A stretch of DNA of 64,000 nucleotides from Candidatus Eiseniibacteriota bacterium (GCA_963823555.1 CAWGMA010000002.1:544001-608000), one strand, 5' to 3'. Shown: positions 1-12,017, counted from the stretch's first letter. Numbers and translations are program-made. Notes: a model not told the origin generated them from the letters alone.

Positions 1-324
1 GATCGGCACGTCCTGGCGCACCACCTGCGCCGAGACCGTGAGCGGGGCCAGGATCGCGCTCAGGCCGAGCACGAAGAGCAGGTTCATGATGTTGCTGCCG
101 ACGACGTTGGCGACGGCGATGTCGGCGCTGCCCTTCATCGCGGCACTCAGGCTCACCGCGAGCTCCGGCGCGCTCGTGCCGTAGGCGACGACGGTGAGCC
201 CCACCGTGAGGGGCGAGATGCCCACGGCCGCGGCGAGGCGCGATGCCCCGCGCACGAGGGACTCGGCGCCGACGATGAGGAGGACGATGCCCCCGGCGAG
301 CTGCGCGATCACGAACAGGTCCAT
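1..324 (-). CDS. Calcium/sodium antiporter (CaCA/YrbG family), 5' part; runs off the window edge
   Basis: Manual translation from ATG at 324: MDLFVIAQLAGGIVLLIVGAESLVRGASRLAAAVGISPLTVGLTVVAYGTSAPELAVS...ANVVGSNIMN, the alpha-1 repeat motif GTSAPE...GSN. Confidence 0.9.
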   Translation of the reverse strand, partial: MDLFVIAQLAGGIVLLIVGAESLVRGASRLAAAVGISPLTVGLTVVAYGTSAPELAVSLSAAMKGSADIAVANVVGSNIMNLLFVLGLSAILAPLTVSAQVVRQDVPI

Positions 325-421
325 GGTCGACTCCGGTCTGGTCGCTGGAGGGGGGGCGCGCATTGTAACGCGAAGCCGTCCCGCGTGCTAAGATGCCCCG
401 CGGTCCCGCCGCCGGCGGGAG

Positions 422-1738
422 ATGACCATCCCCACAGTGACGCGAGCCGTGACCAGGCCCAAGAAGATCATCGCCATCGGGGCCGGAGTGCTGCTTCTCG
501 GCGCCCTCCTTGCCGCCAACATTCTCCGCAATCGCGAGCCCGAGCATGCGGTCGAGATGGAGCAGGTGGAGCGCCGGCCGCTGCGTGCGGTCGTGAGCGG
601 CTCCGGCTGGATCGACCCCAGGCGCAAGGTCGAGGTGAGCGCGGCCACCCCGGGCAAGGTGGTCGAGCTCGCGGTCGACGAGGGCGACACCGTCAAGGCC
701 GGCCAGCTCCTCCTCCGCATCGATCCCACGCCCTTCGAGAGCCAGGTCGATCAGCTGCGGGCGGCCATCGCCGCCGCAGGCGCCGAGCGCGAGGGCGCGG
801 AAGCAACACTCGCCGAGACCACGGCCGAGCGGGAGCGCATCGAGGCCCTGGCCGCACGCGATCTGGCCTCGGCGACCGAGCTCGACCAGATCCGGCGCCG
901 GGAGGAACGCGCGATCGCCGCCCTCGCCGCCGCCAGGGCCCGGCTCGCCCAGCAGGAGGCGCTCCTCCGTCAGGCGCGCTACGAGCTCGGCCAGGTCACG
1001 ATCGCGGCGGAGATGGCAGGCGTCATCACGCGTCTCAACATCGAGGAAGGGGAGACCGTGGTCACGGGGACCATGAACAACCCGGGCACCGTGCTCCTCA
1101 CCATCTCCGACCTCGCCACCATGGAGGCGCGGATCGACGTCGACGAGACCGATGTCGTCAACGTGAAGATCGGCCAGCCGGCGGAGGTCACGGTCGACGC
1201 CTTTCCCGATTCCATCCTCCATGGCGCCGTGACCGAGATCGGGAGCTCGGCCAAGCGCGGCCTGGGCGGGGTCGGCGAGACCTCCGCCGACTTCGAGGTC
1301 GTGGTGCGCCTCGCCGACACGCTGCCCGGTCTTCGCCCCGGTCTCTCCGCCACGGCGGACATCGTCACCGCCGTCCGCGACTCGGCGCTCTCGGTCTCGA
1401 TCGGCGCCCTCGTCTATCGCGATCCCGAGCTCGAATCGCGTCACGCCGAGAATCCCGGACGCCGCGGGCGCACACCCGCGACCGAGCGTGCGGCGGCGGA
1501 CACGGTCGATGCTTCGGGGCGCCGGGTGCGGCGGGAGACCTACGGGCTCCTCGTCGTCGAGAAGGATCGCGCCCGCTTCGTGCCGGTCACGATCGGCATC
1601 ACCGGCGAGCGGCACTTCGAGCTCACCGGAGGCATCGAGGCCGGCGCCGAGGTCGTCTCCGGGCCCTTCAAGGTGCTGCGCGAGCTCCACTCGGGCGATC
1701 GCGTGAAGCGGGCCAAGGGCGGCAAGACGGAGTCGTAG
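422..1738 (+). CDS. Efflux periplasmic adaptor subunit (MacA/HlyD family)
   Basis: N-terminal TM, lipoyl-like half (GKVVELAVDEGDTVKAGQLL), coiled-coil hairpin, beta-barrel; upstream of MacB-type permeases. Confidence 0.9.
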   Translation: MTIPTVTRAVTRPKKIIAIGAGVLLLGALLAANILRNREPEHAVEMEQVERRPLRAVVSGSGWIDPRRKVEVSAATPGKVVELAVDEGDTVKAGQLLLRIDPTPFESQVDQLRAAIAAAGAEREGAEATLAETTAERERIEALAARDLASATELDQIRRREERAIAALAAARARLAQQEALLRQARYELGQVTIAAEMAGVITRLNIEEGETVVTGTMNNPGTVLLTISDLATMEARIDVDETDVVNVKIGQPAEVTVDAFPDSILHGAVTEIGSSAKRGLGGVGETSADFEVVVRLADTLPGLRPGLSATADIVTAVRDSALSVSIGALVYRDPELESRHAENPGRRGRTPATERAAADTVDASGRRVRRETYGLLVVEKDRARFVPVTIGITGERHFELTGGIEAGAEVVSGPFKVLRELHSGDRVKRAKGGKTES

Positions 1739-1784
1739 GGCGGGCGCGAGGCCGCCGCTGCGCCCGATCCCGAGAGGTTTGGCG

Positions 1785-3010
1785 ATGCAGCTTGGCGAGA
1801 GCATCAAGATCGCGCTCGGTTCGCTTCGCGCCAACAAGGTGCGCACCTTCCTCACGCTCCTCGGCAACATCGTCGGCGTGGTCTCGGTGGTCGCCGTGGT
1901 CTCGATCATCGACGGCATGAACCGCTACGTCAGGGAGGAGATCGCCGACGAGGGGTCGAACGTCATCACCCTCGCGCAGCGTAACGAGCTCCAGGCGCTC
2001 AGCAACTTCGAGAAGTTCCTCGAGTCCTTGCGGAATCCGGATATCACGCTCGCCGATCGCGACGACATCAGCGAGCGGCTGGGGACCGAGCATGCGGTGG
2101 GGGCCCGGGTGGGGGCGAGAGCACCGGTGGCCTATCGCGGGCGGTCGATCGCCACGGTGCCGGTCGAGGGCTGGACGGTCGAGGTGGGCGTGATCCGGAG
2201 CCTCGAGCTCATGCAGGGGCGCTCGTTCACGCCGCTCGAGATCGACACCCGGCAGGCGGTGGCGGTCATCGGGTTCGATCTCGTCGAGAAGCTCTTCCGC
2301 GACGAGCCGCCCATCGACCGCACGATCCGGATCGGGAGGATGCACTTCCGCGTGATCGGAGCGCTTGCCGAGAAGCCGTCGGTCGCCGGCTCGAACCCCA
2401 ATCTCCGGGTGCTGATCCCGATCGGCGTGTTCCACCAGCTCTACGGGCCGCGCTTCACCTCGGTGACGGTGCCGATCCGGGTGGCCCGGGTGGAGGACAA
2501 CCCGGCGGTGATCGAGGAAGTCACCGCCGCCATGCGCATCCGGCACCGCCTGCGGCCCGATGAGCCCGATGACTTCGCCATCATCACCTCGGCCGCGCTG
2601 CTCGACCTGTGGGCCGCCATCTCGCGCTCGATCTTCACGGCGCTCATCTTCCTGGTCTCGCTCTCGCTCGTCATCGGCGGCATCGTGATCATGAACATCA
2701 TGCTGGTCTCGGTGAACGAGCGCACCCGCGAGATCGGCGTCCGGATGGCGATCGGGGCCCGGCGCGGCGACATCCTGCGGCAGTTCCTCGTCGAATCGGT
2801 GACCCTGTCGGCGACCGGCGGCGTCATCGGGGTCGCCGCCGGCTTCCTCGCCGCGGCCCTGATCGCGCGCTTCTCGCCCCTGCCCTATGCCATCAAGCCC
2901 TGGTCGATCGCCGTCAGCCTGGGGGCGACCGCCGCCGTCGGCATCTTCTTCGGACTCTATCCGGCCAGCCGCGCGGCGCGGCTCGATCCGGTGGATGCGC
3001 TCCGCCATGA

Positions 3011-3014
<4 letters not shown>
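1785..3014 (+). CDS. ABC transporter permease, MacB/FtsX type (no fused ATPase)
   Basis: RTFLTLLGNIVGV N-terminal TM, periplasmic domain, GGIVIMNIMLVSVNERTREIGVRMAIGA, PASRAARLDPVDALRHE. Confidence 0.92.
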
Positions 3015-4291
<1,277 letters not shown>

Positions 4292-4322
4292 CGGCACGCG
4301 GCTCTCGCCGCTCGCCCCGCCA

Positions 4323-5570
4323 TCAGCGCCGCGAGTGCCGCATCTCGACCGCCATCGCCTTGATCTCGGTCAGGTCCCGCTGCATCTCGCTCCAGCCGTA
4401 CCACAGCGCGTAGTCCGGATTGGCGTGGAAGGTGCCCTGGAACGCCCGCATGCGGTGCTCGAGGAACATGACGAAGAGCTGCTGCTCGATCGGCGTCGGC
4501 GCGTCGTGGAAGGTGAGCAGATCGGGGAACGCTGCGGCGTAGGCCGCGGGCTTCTCGAGGAGGCCGTCCTCGTAGAGCCCGGCCACCTCACGGATCGCCT
4601 CCGCCATCAGGTGATCGGCCTCGCGGATCATCTCGTCGCCCTTCTCGAGCTCGCCGCGCGCGAAGTTCTCCGAGTGGCACTGGCTGCAGGCCGCGATCAT
4701 CTTGTCGCGCTCGTCCTGCCACGCCTCCTCGGTGAGCCGGGCGACATCGGCGGCCTTCACCACCTCGAGCCGCGCGGTCGGGTTGCCGTCCGGATCGAGG
4801 ACACCGAGCGCCTGGAGGATGGTGGCGCGGTCCGCCGCCCATTGCCTCGTCCTCGGGCAGCGGCAGGCGCACGGCGAGGAACCCCCACGCCGTGCGCACC
4901 TCGTGATTGCCGTCCTGCATGTGGCAGGTCTGGCAGGTGGGGGCGGCAGTCGTCTCGGGCAGGGTGCCGTTCTGCTTCAGGAGAGTGGCGGACGCCGTGC
5001 TTCGACGCCGAGTACATCTCCCACTGCGGGTGATCGAAGCCCATGTGGCAGGTCTGGCAGGCCTGGGGCTGCGCGCGCTTCGTCGACCGAGAAGGTGTGC
5101 CGCGTGTGGCAGGCGTCGCACGAGGCGATGCCGAACATCGAGCCGCCTGGCGCGCATGTCCTCGATCTCGACCTCGGTCTTGAGGCCGATCTTGTGGCAG
5201 CCGCCGCAGCCCTTCATGCCCTGCGGTCAGCGCCATCGGCTGCCAGTGGGTGGTCGGCATGGCCTTCATCGCCGCCCAGGCCAGCGCGTGCTTGCCGCGC
5301 TTGAACTGCTGGACCTGCGTCGTCGTGACAGGCGGCACAGGTCTCGGGAGTGGGAATCTGGACCTTGGCCACGTCCTCGGCCGACATGTGCCCGTCGCCG
5401 TGACAGGCGTCGCAGCCGACGTCGCCCTGGCTGTGCTTGCTCTGCTTCCAGTCGGAGACGATGTTCGGCGTGATCTTGGCGTGACAGTCGACGCAGTCCG
5501 CGGCCCGTGAGGTGGCAACGAGCAGGAGCGTCATCGCGGTGAGCGCGAGAGCGAGAAGACCGGTCCTCAT
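4323..5570 (-). CDS. Exported octaheme cytochrome c, hydroxylamine oxidoreductase (HAO)-like; several frameshifts
   Basis: Signal peptide and 8 CxxCH motifs across frames (CVDCH, CDACH, CAACH, CGGCH, CDACH, CQTCH, CQTCH, CSQCH); CHMGFDHPQWEMY and FHANPDYALWYGW segments. Confidence 0.82.
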
Positions 5571-5736
5571 GACCATCCCCTCCACCGCCTCGAACCCTGG
5601 CACGGCGCCGGCCCGCGTCGGAGGCGGAGCGCGGGTGCGCCCTCGATTTCGAGCGCTCGTGCGGGTATGAGGAGCCCCGCTACCCGCTCATGATAGGGGG
5701 GCCGGGGTCCCCTGGCAATGGCCGGGGTGGTGCCGC

Positions 5737-6591
5737 CTAGAGCGGCGGGTGGCCGAGGGCGGGGATGATGATCTCGCGGGCGCGCGCGAGCGCCGCGCGA
5801 TTGACGGGCACCGCGTGGCCGGCGGTGTCGAGGGCAGCGATCAGCTTCTCGGTCGAGATGTTCCCCGAGGCGCCGGGTGCGTAGGGGCAGCCGCCGATGC
5901 CACCGGTCGACGAATCGAAGATGGTGATGCCCCGGGCGAGGGCGGCAAGCATGTTGGGGACCGCGTGGCCGAAGGTGTCGTGGAAGTGCATGGCCAGGCT
6001 CTCGGCCGGCACGCGAGGGAGAATGAGGTCGAGGAGTGCGGTCACCTCCTCCGGCGTCGCCTTGCCGATCGTGTCCCCGATCGACACCTCCTCGACGCCG
6101 AGGTCGAAGAGCCGGTCGATGACCTCGATCGTGTGCTCGGGGTCGGTCTTCCCCTCGTACGGGCACCAGAACGCGGTCGACACGTAGCCGCGGGCCGGGA
6201 GGCGCGCATCGAGCGCGCGCCGCATCACCGGGACGAAGCGTGCGATGGACTCGTCGATCGTGGCGTTGATGTTCTTCCGGTTGAAGGTCTCGGTGGCGGC
6301 GGTGAAGAGGGCGATACGGTCGACCTGGGTCGAAAGGGCGCGGTCGAGCCCTCTCTCGTTGGGGACGAGGGCCGAGTAGACGATCCCCGGGCGACGGGTG
6401 ATGCCGGCGAAGACCGCCTCGGCATCCGCGAGCTGCGGCACCCAGCGCGGCGAGACGAAGGCGCTCGCCTCGATCTCGCCGAGCCCCGACGCGGACAGGG
6501 CGTCGATGTAGGCGATCTTCACCGCGGTCGGGATGAGCGCCGCCTCGTTCTGCAGCCCGTCGCGCGGGCCGACCTCGACGATCCGGATCAT
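5737..6591 (-). CDS. liuE: Hydroxymethylglutaryl-CoA lyase
   Basis: EVGPRDGLQNE, HFHDT, GGCPYAPGASGN motifs. Confidence 0.95.
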   Translation of the reverse strand: MIRIVEVGPRDGLQNEAALIPTAVKIAYIDALSASGLGEIEASAFVSPRWVPQLADAEAVFAGITRRPGIVYSALVPNERGLDRALSTQVDRIALFTAATETFNRKNINATIDESIARFVPVMRRALDARLPARGYVSTAFWCPYEGKTDPEHTIEVIDRLFDLGVEEVSIGDTIGKATPEEVTALLDLILPRVPAESLAMHFHDTFGHAVPNMLAALARGITIFDSSTGGIGGCPYAPGASGNISTEKLIAALDTAGHAVPVNRAALARAREIIIPALGHPPL

Positions 6592-7010
6592 CCCGCTCTG
6601 GATGCGGTCTCGGGTATCGCAGGTTCCGCGTTCGCCGCCGCTGCGGGCGGTTCGAAGAGGGTGACGAGGGTCTTCCCGAGGTCGACGAGCTCGCCCTCCT
6701 GGCAGTGAATGGCCTCGACTCGACCGGCGCGGGGCGCGGTCAGGCGATACTCCATCTTCATCGCCTCGAGGACGACGAGCACGGCGCCGGACTCGACCTC
6801 CTCGCCGGCGGCGACGCGCACCTGGATCACCTTGCCGGTCATGGGGGCGCGGATCTCATCGTGCACGGCCTCACTGCGCGAGCTCGCGCGGCGCTCCTCG
6901 GCGGCGATGAAGGTCGTGCGTCCCTCCCAGGAGATCCAGACCCCCTCGCGCGTGCGCGCCACCGCGGCGCGCTGGCGCCGGCCGTCGATATCGAGCGTGG
7001 TCCAGCTCAT
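6588..7010 (-). CDS. Biotin carboxyl carrier protein (separate biotinyl subunit of the acyl-CoA carboxylase)
   Basis: APMTGKVI...LEAMKME biotinylation motif; start MSWTT overlaps the upstream stop. Confidence 0.9.
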   Translation of the reverse strand: MSWTTLDIDGRRQRAAVARTREGVWISWEGRTTFIAAEERRASSRSEAVHDEIRAPMTGKVIQVRVAAGEEVESGAVLVVLEAMKMEYRLTAPRAGRVEAIHCQEGELVDLGKTLVTLFEPPAAAANAEPAIPETASRAG

Positions 7011-8515
7011 GATGCACCTCCGCTCGCATCGGCGTCGGCCGTCGCCATGCGGAAGGCGCCGAGGCGGCGCCACGGCGAATAGCGATCACCGAGCCCATCG
7101 GTTCCGGTCGAGTCGCTGGCGGCACCGCCGTCGCTCGCCGCGAGCGTGCGCATGGCCTCGCGCGCGGCGGCCGTGACCTCCTCGGGCACCTCGGGGGCGG
7201 GCCAGCTCCGTTTCTCGATCGTCGTCGTGAAGGTCTCGCCCTGGATGAAGAAGTCCGAGGTCAGGATGTCGAGAAGGAAGGACTGGTTGGTGGCGAGCCC
7301 GAGGAGCACGGTCTCGCGAAGCGCCGTCACCATGCGGAGGCGGGCCGCCTCCCGATCCTCGCCCCAGGTGATGAGCTTGGCGATGATGGGATCGTAGAAC
7401 GGGAGGATGTCCTGCCCCTCGCGGATCCCGGTGTCGATGCGGACGTGCGGGCGGAGCGGCCACTCGAGCATCAAGATTTTCCCGGTCGCAGGCAAGAATT
7501 CGCGGTAGGGGTCCTCGGCGTAGAGCCGCGCCTCGATGGCGTGGCCACGCGGCGCGGGCGGCTCGGGGAGTGCGCCGCCGCGGGCGACCTCGACCTGGGC
7601 ACGCACGAGATCGACGCCGGTGCGGAGCTCGGTCACCGGGTGCTCCACCTGGAGCCGGGTGTTGACCTCGAGGAAGTAGTAGTCCTCGTCGGGGCCGACC
7701 AGGAACTCGACCGTGCCCGCGCTCTCGTACTGGACGGCGCGGGCGAGGGCCACCGCCGAGTCGCAGAGCGCGCGCCGGGTCCGCTCGCTGATGGCGGTCG
7801 AGGGCGATTCTTCGATGATCTTCTGGTAGCGGCGCTGGAGGCTGCACTCGCGTTCCCCGAGGGCGATCGCGTCGTTGCCGTCGCCGAGGATCTGCACCTC
7901 GACGTGGCGCGCCGGGTGAACGTAGCGCTCGACGAGGAGCCGGTCGTCGGCGAAGGCGGCGAGCGATTCGCGCTTGGCGCCGGCGAAGGCCTCGGCGAGC
8001 TCGCCCTCGCTCTGGACGAGCCGCATGCCCTTGCCGCCGCCGCCGCCGGCGGCCTTCAAGAGGATCGGATACCCGACGCGCTCGGCGGCGTGGCGGGCGT
8101 CATCGAGCGAGTCGCACTCCTTGGCTCCGGGGATCACGGGGACGCCCGCGGCCTCGGCCGTCGTGCGCGCGGCGCGCTTCTCGCCGAGGGCGAGCATCGA
8201 TTCGGCCGAGGGTCCGATGAATCGGATCCTGGCCTCGCGGCAGGCGCGGGCGAAGGCCGCGTTCTGGGAGAGGAAACCGTATCCGGGATGGATCGCCGTG
8301 GCGCCGGTCGTGCGCGCCGCGTCGAGGATCAGGTCGGGCTTCAGGTAGCTGTCGGTGGCGCCGAGAGCCACCGCTTCACCGGCGAGCCAGACATGCGGGG
8401 AGTCGCGATCGACGTCGGTATAGACCGCCACCGACGGGATTCCCATCTCGTTCAAGGTGTGGAGGATACGGCAGGCGATCTCGCCCCGGTTGGCCACGAG
8501 GACTTTCATAGACAT
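7007..8515 (-). CDS. liuD: Biotin carboxylase subunit, probably methylcrotonyl-CoA carboxylase alpha
   Basis: KVLVANRGEIA, HPGYGFLSQN, GGGGKGMR, ERECSLQRR, EVNTRLQVEHPVTE; adjacent to HMG-CoA lyase. Confidence 0.88.
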   Translation of the reverse strand: MSMKVLVANRGEIACRILHTLNEMGIPSVAVYTDVDRDSPHVWLAGEAVALGATDSYLKPDLILDAARTTGATAIHPGYGFLSQNAAFARACREARIRFIGPSAESMLALGEKRAARTTAEAAGVPVIPGAKECDSLDDARHAAERVGYPILLKAAGGGGGKGMRLVQSEGELAEAFAGAKRESLAAFADDRLLVERYVHPARHVEVQILGDGNDAIALGERECSLQRRYQKIIEESPSTAISERTRRALCDSAVALARAVQYESAGTVEFLVGPDEDYYFLEVNTRLQVEHPVTELRTGVDLVRAQVEVARGGALPEPPAPRGHAIEARLYAEDPYREFLPATGKILMLEWPLRPHVRIDTGIREGQDILPFYDPIIAKLITWGEDREAARLRMVTALRETVLLGLATNQSFLLDILTSDFFIQGETFTTTIEKRSWPAPEVPEEVTAAAREAMRTLAASDGGAASDSTGTDGLGDRYSPWRRLGAFRMATADADASGGAS

Positions 8516-8624
8516 ATGAAGGTACGCGGGCCGGCGGGGGATGGCAACTTGGGAATGGTGGACTGCTCGGGGCAGCGGCGGGATGTCCCTCCGCTGCCCG
8601 AATGTTTCCGCTGGAACGGGAACC

Positions 8625-10775
8625 TCACTCGAGGAGGACGATCCGCAGGCTCTCCACCTGATCCCCGACGTGGAGCCGGCCGAAGTAGATCCCGGAGGGC
8701 AGTCGCTGGCCGCCGTCGTTCCTTCCATCCCAGCGCACCGCATGGACGCCCGGCTGCCGCGATTCGTTCAGGAGACGGCGAACGAGACGACCGTCGGCGC
8801 CGTAGATGTCGAACTTGACGAGAGCTTGATTGCCGGTCGTATCGAGGTCGTAACGGATCTCGGCCGACTCGCGGAACGGGTTCGGAACGCTGGGGCCGAG
8901 GAAGTGGCTCCGAGCCGCATCGACAGATTGTGGGTTGCTGGCAAGTGGAGCGCAGCCGATGGGAAGCGCCCCGACGAGGCCGCAGCCGGGGGCATTCGCG
9001 CATGACGAACCCTCGGCGAGGTGAAAGTTGACGTTGTCGGGATCGCAGAAGAGCGGCGCGTAGGAGAAGTTGCCGTTCACGCCGTTCTGCCCGGCGGCGC
9101 AGTCGATCCAGTCGCCGCCCAGGTTGCCGAAGATGTCCGAGCAGGAAAGCGTCAGGCTGCTCGTCGAATCACAGAGGACCGACCCGCCCGCGGTGCTGTA
9201 GGAGACGATGCATCGATCGAGCGCCGTGGTCGCCTCGGAGGTGCTCGCCACTCCGCCCCCGCCGAGGGTGGCCGCGTTGCCGTAGAAGGTGCAGGACTCG
9301 ATCGTCGGGTTCGATCGGATGTAGCTGGCGATTCCCCCTCCGGTCTCCTGGCTCGTGTTGTGGGCGAAGATGCTGAGCGTGATCGTGGCCCACGAACGAT
9401 AGCAGGAGAGGCCGCCACCAGGACCTGCGGTCGTGTTCCCCTCGAACAGGCAGTTGCGGACGGTCGGATCCCGGAAGCTCACGTTCATGCCGCCGCCGTT
9501 CGAGGTGGCGTGATTGCCGCGGAAGGTGCAGCCCTCGACCAGTCCTCCCGAGTCGCCGAAGGAGAGCCCCCCGCCCCGCATTCCCGAGTTGTTCTCGAAG
9601 ATCGAGCTCGTCACCTCGATGGGAGAGCTGCCGATGTGGGACCCGCCCCCCGGCCCGCCGGCGGTGTTGGCGGTGAACGTGCAGCCGTCGACAGTACCGA
9701 CGCAATTGTTGGCGTTCAGGCCACCGCCGCCGCCATTGGTGGCATCACAGTCCGTGAAGGAGCATCCGACCAGGGCCAAACCCGAGAGGTTGAAGTTGAT
9801 CCCGCCTCCCTGGGTAGCGGAGTTTCCCGTGAAGGTGCAGTTCTCCAAGTATGTGTTCGATTCGAAGAGTTCAGCACCGCCTCCTCCAGCGTATGACGAT
9901 TGATTGCTCTCGAACAAGCAATTGGTGATATCACCGGAAGACAGCGACCAGTGTATCCCTCCTCCCGCCGTGTCGGCCTGGCACGCTCGGAAGGTGCAGT
10001 CCTCGAGTGCAGGCACTGAACGGGCGAAGAGGGCGCCACCTCCTGTCGACAATGCCGAATTGGCCTCGAATGCACATCGGGTTAACACTGGATATCCATC
10101 TGCGAACACGGCTCCACCACCACGCAAGGCGGAGTTTCGTTCGAAGACACAGTCGGTCAAGACAGGATTTGACTGTGAGCTGTGGATCCCGCCGCCCGCT
10201 TCAAGGGCATGGTTGTCCGTGAACACGCAGCCAACGAGGATGGGATTCGACGCGTGAGCACTGAAGCCGGCCCCTGCCACGAGGGACTCGTTTTCCTCGA
10301 ACCGGCAGTTGATCAACGTGGGCCCATATTGGCAGAAGCCACAATGCGCCGCTGTCCCGTCGCCGACCGGATCGGTCGAGACATTCCTCCAGAACCTGCA
10401 GTTTTCGACAGTCACCTCAGAGTAGAGGATGTCCAGTGCGTTCCTGGCCGCACCGGTGATCGTGAGTCCCTTGATCAGGCTAGGCTGATCAAGGGACAGG
10501 CACCAGATCCCATTGAAATTGCCGGCGACATCGATCGTGACGCAGTCGGCCTCACCGGTCTCGCTGCGTAGCTCGATCCCCGGTTCCATTCGGATCGAGT
10601 GCTCGTAGTAGGTGCCGCACGCGACAACGACGACATCTCCGGGCAAGGCGGCGTCGATGCCGGTCTGGATCGTCGGATACTGGCTGGGGACGTGGATCGT
10701 CGTGGCCCCGGCAGGAAGCGAAGAGAGAGCTAGCGCCAAGACAGCAAGCGACGAGATGAGCGCCGGTCGGTCCAT
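8625..10775 (-). CDS. Secreted right-handed parallel beta-helix repeat protein with C-terminal FlgD-Ig/T9SS-like domain
   Basis: Signal peptide; TIHVPSQYPTIQ start; many CxFxxNxAxxGGG repeats; PNPF...WDGRNDGGQRLPSGIYF tail. Confidence 0.85.
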   Translation of the reverse strand: MDRPALISSLAVLALALSSLPAGATTIHVPSQYPTIQTGIDAALPGDVVVVACGTYYEHSIRMEPGIELRSETGEADCVTIDVAGNFNGIWCLSLDQPSLIKGLTITGAARNALDILYSEVTVENCRFWRNVSTDPVGDGTAAHCGFCQYGPTLINCRFEENESLVAGAGFSAHASNPILVGCVFTDNHALEAGGGIHSSQSNPVLTDCVFERNSALRGGGAVFADGYPVLTRCAFEANSALSTGGGALFARSVPALEDCTFRACQADTAGGGIHWSLSSGDITNCLFESNQSSYAGGGGAELFESNTYLENCTFTGNSATQGGGINFNLSGLALVGCSFTDCDATNGGGGGLNANNCVGTVDGCTFTANTAGGPGGGSHIGSSPIEVTSSIFENNSGMRGGGLSFGDSGGLVEGCTFRGNHATSNGGGMNVSFRDPTVRNCLFEGNTTAGPGGGLSCYRSWATITLSIFAHNTSQETGGGIASYIRSNPTIESCTFYGNAATLGGGGVASTSEATTALDRCIVSYSTAGGSVLCDSTSSLTLSCSDIFGNLGGDWIDCAAGQNGVNGNFSYAPLFCDPDNVNFHLAEGSSCANAPGCGLVGALPIGCAPLASNPQSVDAARSHFLGPSVPNPFRESAEIRYDLDTTGNQALVKFDIYGADGRLVRRLLNESRQPGVHAVRWDGRNDGGQRLPSGIYFGRLHVGDQVESLRIVLLE

Positions 10776-10930
10776 GTGTCCTCCTTGGGACCAGGTGGGA
10801 ATCCGGCCTCGTCGTCGGGCGGCGGGATGGGGTGCGGCGCTCGGCAAGCGAGGGAACTGCTAGCCAATCGGTGATGATCATACGCCACTCCCCGCCGCCT
10901 CCGCAAACGAGAGCGGTGGGGCGGTCGTGG

Positions 10931-11566
10931 TCAATACTGGCTCTTGATGCGGCCCCAGGTGACGGGGGTGACCGGGGCGAGCGGATAGCAGGCATCGTGA
11001 CCGCCGGGACCGACGCAGGCCCGCCCGCGGCTCGATGGCGGAATGGGCGTGACCTCGAAGGTCGGGGAGAGCACGTGCGTACCGTTGGGAAAGGCGGATT
11101 CGATGATCTCGATGCATCCCTGATCGACGGCGTAGAACGTCATCCGGCCGAAGGCCACGAGCGCGCCCCCGGTGACGACCTGGTCGAAGGGAAGCGTGAG
11201 CGAACCACGAACTGGCCCCCACGGCGGTCCTGGTGGCAACTCGTAGAGGGATGTCAAGCAATCCCACAGCCCGAAGCCGAAGGCCCAGGAGTCCGGCACC
11301 TCGAAGGCGCACTGGACGCCCCAGACCGAGTCGTAGTTCCGGAGGAGCACGAGCACGCAGGCGGTCTGCATCCCGGAGAGATCCGTGACCGGGAGCGTCG
11401 ACTCGCAGTCCACCCCGTCGAGATCCGCCTGGTTGCAGGGAGCGAGAACGAGGTCGACCGCGTGGAAGAGGATCGTCGTGTTCTCGTTCGCGGCGAGGGC
11501 CGGGCTCGCGATGAAGAGCGCAGCGAGAGCCACCGAGAGCGCGGCGCTGTGGGAGGTTCGGGTCAT
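10931..11566 (-). CDS. Secreted Cys-containing hypothetical protein with C-terminal TWGRIKSQY motif
   Basis: Signal peptide ending ALA; GGGAG RBS; ends PVTPVTWGRIKSQY. Confidence 0.75.
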   Translation of the reverse strand: MTRTSHSAALSVALAALFIASPALAANENTTILFHAVDLVLAPCNQADLDGVDCESTLPVTDLSGMQTACVLVLLRNYDSVWGVQCAFEVPDSWAFGFGLWDCLTSLYELPPGPPWGPVRGSLTLPFDQVVTGGALVAFGRMTFYAVDQGCIEIIESAFPNGTHVLSPTFEVTPIPPSSRGRACVGPGGHDACYPLAPVTPVTWGRIKSQY

Positions 11567-11706
11567 GGTGCTTCTCCCGGCGCCGTCGGGCGCCGAATAG
11601 AGCTTACACCCCGGGGCGCCTCGGGCAAGAGCGCTCTCCGGATGGTTTCCGCTGAAACGCGGCTTGCAGGAGCCAGCGCCCCTGGGAGAAGCGCCATGGG
11701 CCCGGG

Positions 11707-11730
11707 TCCGCTATCATATCCGCTATCATA
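11707..11730. repeat. 12-bp perfect tandem repeat (TCCGCTATCATA x2) between divergent genes
   Basis: Read directly at 11707-11718 and 11719-11730, about 50 bp upstream of ORF 11781. Confidence 0.8.
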
Positions 11731-11780
11731 TTCGTTGAGTGTGTGCCTTCGCTGCATGAGATCACAGGTGGGTTGACGGG

Positions 11781-12017
11781 ATGCGAATCGAGATCCTCGG
11801 CGAGATCACAGAGATGGAGACGATAGCGATAGGGCGGCGGATCCGCGAGCTGCCTCGTCTCCGGAGGGTGTACGGTCCGGGGCGCTGGCGCAAGCGGAGA
11901 GGGATTGCTCGAGTCCGGGTTGATGGTGGCCCTGCGTTCGTGGCGGAGGTACACTGGTATGAAGCCTTCGGCATCGGGCGGAAGGAGCTCAAGATCAAAC
12001 GAATTGTGGATCGATGA
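11781..12017 (+). CDS. Small basic hypothetical protein; putative toxin of a two-gene module
   Basis: 78 aa, WRKRRG and AEVHWYEAFGIGRKELKIK; ATGA overlap with the next ORF. Confidence 0.7.
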   Translation: MRIEILGEITEMETIAIGRRIRELPRLRRVYGPGRWRKRRGIARVRVDGGPAFVAEVHWYEAFGIGRKELKIKRIVDR

